This document shows, in pieces, positions 20,801 through 29,161 of a stretch of 64,000 nt of DNA (position 1 is its first letter; each line of letters starts with the position of its first letter). Source of the DNA: Paramoeba atlantica (lineage: Eukaryota > Protista > Discosea). The position numbers and the translations under genes were made by a program. The DNA lies in contig CDRNVI010000074.1 of NCBI GenBank assembly GCA_977017575.1, positions 1-64,000 of the forward strand. Direction: 5' to 3'. The notes under the pieces were generated by a model. It ran no database searches, was not told the origin of the DNA, and saw nothing but the letters and a program-made list of their open reading frames with translations.

Positions 20801-21485
20801 TGAAGACTCACTTCAGCAAGAGATACTGGCCTGTCGTGACATGTTGACTACGAAGGAGTTCGAATCCCACGCCATCCAGTCTCAAATGAACTTATGGAAG
20901 GCTCGGTGCGAGACTGTTGCCCGAGTGCTTCACGCAAAAGGAATCGTAGACTTGAACCCAGCCGCAGACACACCTGTCGACATCCTCCGGGGTGGTGGCT
21001 TTGAATCCTTTTTAAAATCCTTAGCCTGTTCCCCCCGTAGATCGAACTCTCGACGGAGCCTGAAACCTTACCTACAGGATGTAACCGAGAGCACTAAACA
21101 TCGACCCAGTACCGACCGCTACATGTCCTCTGCCTCCAGCAGCGTGGGAAGTCGTTCGCATTCTCCCAGTGTACGCTACCAGAGTAGACCATCGAATATT
21201 TCCTCTGCTCCGCGGAATTTGAATACTCGTGCGGGATATAGGGACGACTCCCCTCGTGCTTACAGCCCAACGGGTTCAGAATCGCTTCCCTTATCGATGA
21301 CACATTTGCCACGGAGTAACTCAGTGAGGCGAAGTACTTCAAGACCTGCGTACCACGGAGGGACCCCTCGGAGTTCACCTCGATTACATTACAAGCACTG
21401 TCGATGCTCCGCATGTGCGCTTGTGGGATTTCCTCCGGTCTCGCCGCTGTCACCACATCTGAATACGCGTTCAGAAAGAATATAG
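17850..21485 (+). CDS. Kinesin with N-terminal motor, coiled-coil stalk and Ser/Arg-rich tail
   Basis: P-loop GQTGSGKT, switch I NRRSSRSH, switch II DLAGSE. Confidence 0.95.
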   Translation: MASARVYTCIRVRPPLLAPDEPTIPLDIDATHTKLRIVKEIPMMSSAHSTKSESKYLFDRIFNAGSPSSEVFLHSWPMLRENLLQGYHGVFCVYGQTGSGKTYTVDAYLEELLPTVFGEMQDGLLSSAKVIAISYVQIYMDGIYDLLNENRSIAKSRASDTTAFPIPESMSAHKVHHLLLQARKHRKLSEHALNRRSSRSHTVFILHVELQTEEGQLLYPKLYIVDLAGSERLYRTLSAGNTFDEGCNINKSLSCLAKCLECMAQRQAMVPYRESALTYFLRDALSNSLFVLLCCVSPEVLDEDETRCTLHFATVARKVVIQRHSAADQARRRSLRLQYEEKLEQQISNLKAVHEHEVRVLQDRARTVQASTMDHRRSYEELHERYGKLWRQLEATESELEAAKYTVDELQSELSEKQIEVQEVTLELQSLRERGEHSHTAQRAPNDDQWFGLLRERMSHAIDSLRGELIHTNLPSEPPTSVVSDLSIDTSLTYVSTDSVYSFPPEYAKGGNVHQEIQSEELRLETTFEGDNMRWSLPLGGAEPFNVPTGTNSIESPPRAQLTDQYHTFISMSPITTQLRSCLEAHYKEIILTLEYEQESRRNLERMEDKWFSSISQTFREILAKRELSCISASFLATEESHEASQEIGLLKNIGHIPSLSLLEECKKVTDHHKSEICDLKQSLAYLNLGFQESQERQQLQSIMHASNFDFLLEGTQRLHSISVDEVKKDRDASRNNLLLEIAEVRDELDIAMNATVRFQDELSLSTEMNELVRLQFSEEEARNILISQQLNVAQTYFSVHSAELQWFLCSNHLLSTVEPSRRALIMITAFSTFTEIMRAHAAQLTSQYEIQLRETSSFRVAQTDMTSALNNFAALQESIVDLSGERWNLVSGTLEKQFEVGSFRRHEKETIHELLLTESGERVSAVFAAMLDIKEGAFSKLDKTIKHAATLERSIQKILEDHTSFRSIRENEVENLKERCKKREDSLQQEILACRDMLTTKEFESHAIQSQMNLWKARCETVARVLHAKGIVDLNPAADTPVDILRGGGFESFLKSLACSPRRSNSRRSLKPYLQDVTESTKHRPSTDRYMSSASSSVGSRSHSPSVRYQSRPSNISSAPRNLNTRAGYRDDSPRAYSPTGSESLPLSMTHLPRSNSVRRSTSRPAYHGGTPRSSPRLHYKHCRCSACALVGFPPVSPLSPHLNTRSERI

Positions 21486-21764
21486 GAAAAAGCTGGGGTT
21501 TCGATGTTTATATAGCAAGAGTACTTTATGAAAAGGCGTATCAGACGTTCGTTCTGACTTTTTTAAGGCATCTATGCTTAGTTCTGTACATCCCAAAAAC
21601 TAACCGAACAGATGACGTATACGGTTTTATTTCTTTTAACATTATTTATGCCTCCGAAACACCCAAAACAACTATAATCAACTTTGATTCAAAACTACAG
21701 TGCATGTAAATGAAGCTTGAAAGTCTGAGCACACACTCTTGATATTCATCGAATTTCTTGTCGC

Positions 21765-21995
21765 ATGAGCTCATGTCACCGGAATTTAAAACGAAGTCGT
21801 ACTCTATCCACTCCGTATTTCTCGATCGGCCACTATCTTGTGCCCATTAGCTCCATCATAGCATTTAGTATTGCTTATATGGTATGGTGGAATGAAGAGT
21901 ACACAAAAAGAAAAAGACACCAGTCCATTACTCGAGATATCAAGCGAGAAGCATGGAGACGATCCGTTCTTGGTCTAGAGCCTTCGCGCACTTAG
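21765..21995 (+). CDS. Small single-TM protein, PET117-like cytochrome c oxidase assembly factor
   Basis: Basic N-terminus, one hydrophobic helix, then HQSITRDIKRE, similar to the PET117 pattern HQG...RD..R. Confidence 0.55.
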   Translation: MSSCHRNLKRSRTLSTPYFSIGHYLVPISSIIAFSIAYMVWWNEEYTKRKRHQSITRDIKREAWRRSVLGLEPSRT

Positions 21996-22265
21996 TCACT
22001 AGAATAACTTTCTATTGCGTATTTAGGTATACATTGACAGAGCAATGCAAAGTTTGCACTTAGGCATACTATAAAATAAGTTCTGTTGTTGAACACTATT
22101 ACAAGACTGTAAATATTTGCGTGGACCTTGCAATGTGATTGCACGCCGAAACTCATCAGTATTTTTTGAATGAAGAATCTTTATCACTTTGTATACAGGA
22201 TTTTGCTGTGCTGATGAATTACCATTTTTCATAGTCTATTTCTTTTTTCAAAGTTAATCCGCATC

Positions 22266-25200
22266 ATGGATTCCTTTTCTGAGATCGACCACGACCGTTT
22301 ACGGGAAGAGCTTTCTCTTGTTTCTACTTCATTGGGGTCTGATCAAGAAGCGTTTTTTCAAGAAGAAAGCCGAATGTTTACTACTGTGTACCAGGGAGTG
22401 AAGTTATCTTTCCAAGTTCCTGACGAATATCCACACCATACGATCTCAATTCATCTAGACATTGATCCCCATCTTGAGGAATGCTACTTGCGATGCAACG
22501 ATGTGCTTAGCGACATTCTTCCTGGGGAATGCATGCTTTTTGTGATATGCCAAACATTTCGGTTTTCCGTGGACCAACACAAAAGCCAGATTCCCATGCG
22601 GCCGAAATCAACTCAAAGCACAGGAAAGAAAAACCCTTTCGAAAAGCCGTTAAACATAACCGCGTCGAATTCCATACCTTTTGGAACAGAAAGTGCACAA
22701 CTAAGCTCTGGCGCGCCGTTCGCAGATGAAATATTTATGACATCGAAAGAGAAATCAGTCGAAAATTCCGCTACAGTTTCGAAGCCACAAAGTTTGCAAA
22801 ATATTCATCTATCGCGCCCATTTAAGACTCATGGAGGATATCCATTAGTAGAGTCATTGCAAATGTTGACGTGCCCTCAAAACAGATGCCTCAGTAAAAG
22901 TTCGCTTTCATTGTTAAGTTGGAATGTTTTGTGTGATCTCTTTGATGAAAATAATTTGCGTAGGAGCGAAGAGCGACTCCCTTTACAACTTAAGTTTCTG
23001 GCTTTAAGCAACTGTGATATCATTGCGCTTCAGGAAATTACGCCCAAGTTTTGGAAGGCTTTATCGGATTATGAACCTTTGATATCTCAGTACTCTCTGA
23101 CATATTTACCTTCTGACGTTGCTATCGGGCAAGTTATTCTCTCTAGGCTCAAAATTTCGAACGCTCGAGTACTTCGTCTCTCACCCCAAAAGCATGCTGT
23201 ATTCATACTATTGGAATCCCAGAAGAACCGCACGCTTTCAATAGCAAACATTCAGTTAATTAGTGATTTTGCCCGCGAATCCAGCTCAAGACGTGTCGAA
23301 GAGTTAGCTGCAATATGCAAAACCTTTACGGATGGCACTGATCAGATTCTTCTCGGCGATTTTAACTTTGGTGACGCAGATACTGAGACAACGTCGGAGC
23401 CTTTAGCCGCTTTTCTGGACAGCTGGAAGACCCTCCGAGGAAGCGAGGCAGGCGTTACCTTTGACTATGAAAATAACCCACTGTCACATTTGTCATGTGG
23501 ACCACGAAAGGAATCACGCCGTCTGGATCGTATAATGGTGCGTGGTCTACTGATTCCTACGGAAACCCAGATTGTAGCAAGAACTCCGGATGCAAGTGGG
23601 TTATTCCTGAGTAGTCACTATGCTGTACGATCTGTAATACACATGGAAGAATCTTTCCAGCCCTTTGTGCGCCCAGTCCAACTGGATTCAAATACCGCGG
23701 TTGTCATTTTGCCACCCGTGGGAACGTGGAAATCTATTGACAAACTGAGACTTAATGGTGATCCTTATTATCCTCGTTGGATGCCCCATGTAAAGATCTG
23801 CCATCCTTTTATATCTTTACAAGGCGAACAGCTCCCCGTTGTTATGAAAGCTCTTTCATCCATCGCCGCCCGCTGTCCTCCTTTTCGAGCGCGGCTTCAC
23901 AACTTTGACTCCAAGACAAATTTCGGGTGTACCACCGTAGGGTTGAAACTGGAACCCCTGCCCCCCTTTGAGGCTGCGGTCCACAAATTACGTGAGCTTT
24001 TGCTCTGGGCCTACTCCATGTGTACTGTCGACCACAGCCCCGCGCTACTCTCCATTGGTCAATACCCCCCAGAGGAGGCCGAGCGTGTTCGCGCGGAGCT
24101 ATTCGCGAATTGGGTCCCTCTTATCTTTGAGGTCACGCACCTTCATCTGGTGTATCGTGAGAGCAGCCATCAATGCTGTAACATAATCCATTCCGTAGCT
24201 CTTGGCGCATTATCAGAATCCTCTCCTTCCTCGGTCACCGCCTCTCCCCTTGTCACGGTTCCCTCCGTGGACAACTTAGAAGACTTTCCCCCGGAACCGG
24301 AGCTTCCCCCTCCCATGGTCCTGGAAACTCTCCCCGGGACCTCGAAAAAAGCTCCAGAGAGTTATTGGCCGCGTGATGGTCTAGAGAAGTGGATGGCTGA
24401 GAACACCGTGCTGGAACTCGCAAGGCCTCAACCCACGCACGTGTCACAACGAGGGGCGATGTATCATATCCCAAAAAATAAATTAGGTTCGTATCTCCTG
24501 CAGTGGGAGAGTGCCATACGACACGCTGACCAGACACCATTCTGTGTCGAGGAGGTGCGCTCGGAGCTGTTTCGACTCTATGTGGATGTCGATTTTCGTT
24601 CCACGGTGGCACGGAAGGTACATCTGCAGGATACGAAATTTCCTGCGTTGCTGTTAACCCACACAGCGGCGTGTTTCCCCAATGTGGATGTCACGGTCGC
24701 GGTGACGGAGTGTCATGGAAAGTGGGAAGATCGGTCACATGACACAGCTGTGTTTAAGTCTGGGTATCGGTTTTATTTTCAGCATGTTTGGGTTGATACC
24801 AGTGCGTTTGGGGTGTTTCTTGAATCCCTCGCAGCTCTCTGTGACGAGTTGCTTCCGATTCCTCGAAACGCACCAGCGAACACGAAATGGCAAGAAATAG
24901 TGAACACGTATACAGTAGCATGGCCACGGGCCAGGCTTTTAGGAAGCATCAAGAGGCGGAGACATTTGTGGAGAAGATACCGATTATTGACATTTCTGGC
25001 GTCCGACAGCAAGGATTTGAGCGAGTTTTATGAAAAAAGAGCTATTGAGCATTTATCGGGGGTTACCACGGCTCAGTCCTACGTCAGTACTGCAATGGAA
25101 ACTATGAGTCGACTACTCTTTGCTGTTACGGTATCATCCTGGGACATTGACGACGAAACATTGGAAGGAATATCCATTTATCGCAACATGTGGACGGAGA

Positions 25201-25337
25201 GCAAGACTTTTACAATGGAAAAGATGAATCAGGAATACCTTCATCCTCTATTGGAGATGCGATCTCGGAAGCCGAAAGACCGCAAACGCGAGACAAAGGA
25301 TTCATCTGAGAAAATGTCAAAAGATCAAAATAGTTAA
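22266..25337 (+). CDS. Multidomain protein: RWD + endonuclease/exonuclease/phosphatase (EEP) + 2H phosphoesterase-like + AEP primase-like domain
   Basis: RWD FQVPDEYP. EEP SWNV, LQEI, GDFN, RLDRI, SSHY. 2H-like VILPP...RWMPHV and LSIGQ. AEP-like FRLYVDVDF, KSGYRFYF, RLLGSIK. Confidence 0.75.
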   Translation: MDSFSEIDHDRLREELSLVSTSLGSDQEAFFQEESRMFTTVYQGVKLSFQVPDEYPHHTISIHLDIDPHLEECYLRCNDVLSDILPGECMLFVICQTFRFSVDQHKSQIPMRPKSTQSTGKKNPFEKPLNITASNSIPFGTESAQLSSGAPFADEIFMTSKEKSVENSATVSKPQSLQNIHLSRPFKTHGGYPLVESLQMLTCPQNRCLSKSSLSLLSWNVLCDLFDENNLRRSEERLPLQLKFLALSNCDIIALQEITPKFWKALSDYEPLISQYSLTYLPSDVAIGQVILSRLKISNARVLRLSPQKHAVFILLESQKNRTLSIANIQLISDFARESSSRRVEELAAICKTFTDGTDQILLGDFNFGDADTETTSEPLAAFLDSWKTLRGSEAGVTFDYENNPLSHLSCGPRKESRRLDRIMVRGLLIPTETQIVARTPDASGLFLSSHYAVRSVIHMEESFQPFVRPVQLDSNTAVVILPPVGTWKSIDKLRLNGDPYYPRWMPHVKICHPFISLQGEQLPVVMKALSSIAARCPPFRARLHNFDSKTNFGCTTVGLKLEPLPPFEAAVHKLRELLLWAYSMCTVDHSPALLSIGQYPPEEAERVRAELFANWVPLIFEVTHLHLVYRESSHQCCNIIHSVALGALSESSPSSVTASPLVTVPSVDNLEDFPPEPELPPPMVLETLPGTSKKAPESYWPRDGLEKWMAENTVLELARPQPTHVSQRGAMYHIPKNKLGSYLLQWESAIRHADQTPFCVEEVRSELFRLYVDVDFRSTVARKVHLQDTKFPALLLTHTAACFPNVDVTVAVTECHGKWEDRSHDTAVFKSGYRFYFQHVWVDTSAFGVFLESLAALCDELLPIPRNAPANTKWQEIVNTYTVAWPRARLLGSIKRRRHLWRRYRLLTFLASDSKDLSEFYEKRAIEHLSGVTTAQSYVSTAMETMSRLLFAVTVSSWDIDDETLEGISIYRNMWTESKTFTMEKMNQEYLHPLLEMRSRKPKDRKRETKDSSEKMSKDQNS

Positions 25338-25910
25338 CCTAAACAAATTCCCCACATGCATGAATCTTGAAGATAAATTTTAATCTTGGGTGGACTTGTT
25401 GGACAGCTTTTCTACTGGGTTCTACTGGGTTGAATTCTGTTTTCGCATCTATTCCTTTCAACATACACACTTTTGCGTTTAAACGAACACACTGTAACAT
25501 GACTTTCAACGCAATTTTATTTTAGTATCAAACTAAACTCTATTCCTGAATCTATTTTTCTGCGTTAAGTATGTTTTGTGTTTCTGAAAATTTTCTACTT
25601 GAATTAGTCGTAGTTGTGCATGATTTCTTACCTCTAATCTAAAAATAATTATTCCTAGTTAGTGTAATATGTAGATCTGAGATTTAGATTAGTTCTTTCA
25701 ACTTTGAAGACTTTCTGTTGTAACATGCTCTTCATCTTTTAAACTTCCTATCTCCGAGAGATACTAAGAACACTGAAGGCTAAAAATCCGTTCGTTCAGA
25801 GTGTTACCGCCTGGTCGAGAAATCTAGCATGGCCCGAGAAGCAAGGCCTTTTTTGCACTCCGATCGCTCAGGGCTGCCGCACGGCGCTCAACCACACGAA
25901 TTTCATACGC

Positions 25911-27101
25911 GTGTGTCTCTTTTTTCAAACTGCTCCACCCGTCTTTTCGAGTTTAAGAAACGGATTTTCCGATGTCCAAGGACTGTGGCATCATAAGCCG
26001 AGCAACTCGGATTCTGCGGAACCTTCAGTGATTGCAAGATTTGGCACAGATGGAATGGTAGAAACCGAGAGGACGATATGCAAAAAATTCAACGAACATA
26101 ACGAGATCAATGTGCTTGCTGGGAAAAAAGTTGCCCTTGAGAACTACATTGAGGGAGCTCAAAATATACTGCGCTATGCCTGGCCTCCACTCTGTTCGCT
26201 GGTAATTGGCGATGAGAATGCCGGTGTGAGTTCAGCTACCATTTCTAGCTCTGATGACACCGTTTACATTCCTCAACAGGGAACCATTTCCTCACTGAAC
26301 GTCGTCACGGCGTTAGCCATCGCGTTGCATTGCCTGCACATTTCACACAACGTATCCCGAAGCCGCTTAATAATAGGGAATACTTCTGCGACGCAAAATT
26401 TCATGTGCGACGACTTTGCTGAAAAACGGCCGGAACGAAACGGAGATTTGCGCCCCGTTCGACCATCTCTTTATCAACGTCCGAATGCAGACGTGCTTAA
26501 ATATGCAAAGAAAAATCGATTAGGAAATTTTTCCATCTATTACGAAAATACTATAGATTTTAGAACTCTCGGAGGAAGCATCCGTAATGCCAACGCCTTT
26601 GGTATCAAAACAGTCTACTACTCTGGCAAACGTAAAATTAATCGACAAGGCGCCGTAGGATCTTATTTCTTCGTTGATTCTGTATTTCTAGACGATGCTA
26701 CTATCATTGAGGATATCCTAAAGAAACATGAAATTTTGGTTTTGCTACCAACTTACACCCCTTCGCAGAATTTTTCATTGTTGGACAATGACGTTAGGAA
26801 GGATGCCTGGGACAAAGCACAATTACCCTGTATATTTCTTGATGATACTCAAACACTTCTCTCGTATTTAGCCAACCGTCGTTCTGAAAAAGATATTCTG
26901 TTGGTGCTTTGCCAAGAAAACCTATATCCCTCAGAGACATTAATTCCTCACGCGCGATTTATTGTGCAAATAGTCAGTGACAAGTACAAAGAACAAATAT
27001 TCGCCAAGGGAAGAGGTTTGCCCGCATGCGTGGCCGGTGCTATTGCGATGTTTCACATTTCCCACGCTCTTCGAGGTTGCTTGGGTGGTATTAATGCGTG
27101 A
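25911..27101 (+). CDS. SpoU/TrmH-like SPOUT RNA methyltransferase with two tandem SPOUT-like domains; start uncertain
   Basis: Domain 1 ends LVIGDENAGVS...VYIPQQGTISSLNVVTA. Domain 2 begins YENTIDFRTLGGSIRNANAFG and has a degenerate knot. Frame is open from 25743, first in-frame ATG at 26055. Confidence 0.75.
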   Translation: MCLFFQTAPPVFSSLRNGFSDVQGLWHHKPSNSDSAEPSVIARFGTDGMVETERTICKKFNEHNEINVLAGKKVALENYIEGAQNILRYAWPPLCSLVIGDENAGVSSATISSSDDTVYIPQQGTISSLNVVTALAIALHCLHISHNVSRSRLIIGNTSATQNFMCDDFAEKRPERNGDLRPVRPSLYQRPNADVLKYAKKNRLGNFSIYYENTIDFRTLGGSIRNANAFGIKTVYYSGKRKINRQGAVGSYFFVDSVFLDDATIIEDILKKHEILVLLPTYTPSQNFSLLDNDVRKDAWDKAQLPCIFLDDTQTLLSYLANRRSEKDILLVLCQENLYPSETLIPHARFIVQIVSDKYKEQIFAKGRGLPACVAGAIAMFHISHALRGCLGGINA

Positions 27102-27229
27102 CGCAAGACCTAACTTTATTTAATAGGGAGTTGTGTTAATGTATAACATGTGTATTTTACACATTAAGATCATTTCACTACAACATTTAATCATTTAGTA
27201 TTCATCTCCCTTTTCAATTCTTCGCAACG

Positions 27230-28876
27230 ATGTCTATGGCCCAGCCTGTTGTCGTCCTCAATGCGAACACCCAACGTGAGAGTGGTCGCAAGGCGCAGCT
27301 CAACAATATCCAGGCCGCCCAAGCCGTCAGTGAGCTCATTCGTTCCACTCTGGGTCCCTGTGCGATGCTGAAAATGGTCCTCGACCCCATGGGGGGCATT
27401 ACCCTCACCAACGACGGGAATAGTATTCTTCGTGAAATCGACGTTGTGCATCCCTCCGCGAAGCATATGATTGAACTCAGCCGCGTCCAGGATGATGAGG
27501 TCGGGGATGGCACCACCTCTGTGATTGTGCTCACAGGGGAACTCCTAGGACTTTGTCCCGCACTCCTGGAAGACAGCATGCACCCCCTAACAATTGTCCG
27601 AGGCTTTTATCGCGCTCTACATGATGGGCTTGAGATTCTTCGTCTGCCGGATATGTCGGAGACGATTGATTTGGAAAATGAGACGAAGCTGCAGGAGCTA
27701 ATCCGTACCTGTGTGGGGACGAAGGTAACCTCCAGACAGGATATGATTATGTCGAAACTCGCCGTGACTTCTGTCCGATGTATCCAGAAGGGAGAGAAAA
27801 ATTCCGCATCGCTGGAAGTCGATTTAAAGCGCTATGTGAAGATCGAGAAAATCCCAGGAGGTTCATTAGAAGACAGTGAGGTTCTTGTCGGAGTGATGTT
27901 CAACAAGGATGTGGTGCACCCGAAAATGAGTCGTCGCATAGTGAACCCACGCATCCTGCTGCTGGACTGTCCTCTGGAGTACAAGAAGCCTGAGACAAGT
28001 TTCAACGTTGAAATAACCAAAGACACGGATTTTGAACTGCTAATCCGACAGGAAGAAGACTTTATCCGCGGATTGTGCTCTAAACTGGCGGCATATGAAC
28101 CATCCATTGTCATCACAGAAAAGGGAGTGTCAGATTTGGCAGCTCATTTCCTTGCCCGGGCTGGCGTTTCCGTGATCCGTCGACTACGAAAGACAGATAA
28201 CAACCGCCTGGCACGTGCCTGCGGGGCTACAATTGTAAGCTCCGTAGAGGATCTCACTGACGAGGCCGTCGGCACCCAGTGCGGTCTCTTCGAGGTGCGA
28301 AAAATCGGTGATGAGTACTTCTCCTACTTTGAGAAATGTGAAAACCCGAAGGCGTGCAGTATTGTGCTACGAGGCGCATCCAAGGATGTGCTTAACGAGA
28401 CGGAGCGAAATCTACGCGATGCGCTTTGTGTAGCACGTAATGTATTCGTGACTCCCCATGTTGTGTTTGGTGCGGGTGCATTGGAGTTAGAGCTCTCCTC
28501 ACGGCTGATGGAAAAGTCGAAATCCATTGCGGGGGAAGAACAACTTGCCTACCAAGCCGTTGCGAAAGCGCTGGAAGTGATTCCGCGAACGCTAATTCAG
28601 AACTGTGGTGCAAACACCATACGAACACTCACTGAAGTTCGCGCCAAGCATGCTACTCCAGGTAGGGGCGCCACTTGGGGAGTAGACGGTGTTACCGGAG
28701 AGGTTTCGGATGTACGAGAGTTGAAAGTGATTGAGCCCTTGGTCGTGAAACTTCAGTGCTTGAAGACAGCGGTTGAAGCGGCCTGTATTATGCTACGCAT
28801 TGATGATGTCGTTTCTGGCATAAAGGGAAAGGAGAGCAAATCCTCAGGTCCCTCGGCGCCTGTTGACGAAGCGTAG
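27230..28876 (+). CDS. CCT3: T-complex protein 1 subunit gamma
   Basis: LGPCAMLKMVLDPMGG, TNDGNSILREIDV, GDGTTSV, YVKIEKIPGG, LLDCPLEYKKPE. Confidence 0.96.
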   Translation: MSMAQPVVVLNANTQRESGRKAQLNNIQAAQAVSELIRSTLGPCAMLKMVLDPMGGITLTNDGNSILREIDVVHPSAKHMIELSRVQDDEVGDGTTSVIVLTGELLGLCPALLEDSMHPLTIVRGFYRALHDGLEILRLPDMSETIDLENETKLQELIRTCVGTKVTSRQDMIMSKLAVTSVRCIQKGEKNSASLEVDLKRYVKIEKIPGGSLEDSEVLVGVMFNKDVVHPKMSRRIVNPRILLLDCPLEYKKPETSFNVEITKDTDFELLIRQEEDFIRGLCSKLAAYEPSIVITEKGVSDLAAHFLARAGVSVIRRLRKTDNNRLARACGATIVSSVEDLTDEAVGTQCGLFEVRKIGDEYFSYFEKCENPKACSIVLRGASKDVLNETERNLRDALCVARNVFVTPHVVFGAGALELELSSRLMEKSKSIAGEEQLAYQAVAKALEVIPRTLIQNCGANTIRTLTEVRAKHATPGRGATWGVDGVTGEVSDVRELKVIEPLVVKLQCLKTAVEAACIMLRIDDVVSGIKGKESKSSGPSAPVDEA

Positions 28877-29161
28877 TATTAACGAACTGAATATTCCATT
28901 GTTGTCCGTAATTGTGGAAAAACATTTTAATTTACGTCAAAATTACAAGTTAATTTCCCGCTAAGAGATCATTAGTTAAAACTTTCTACTTCTTTGCTTG
29001 AGCTGAGCTAATACAAAAATGAATCCTTTATGTGTCGTATGCTTTCACGATTGCACATTAAATTCTCCAATATTGTGATTATGTCCTGTATACGATATCA
29101 CTAAAAAACATGGATATCAACCATTCGACATAAACTTTCTTTCCTTTGTCTACATTCCCCC

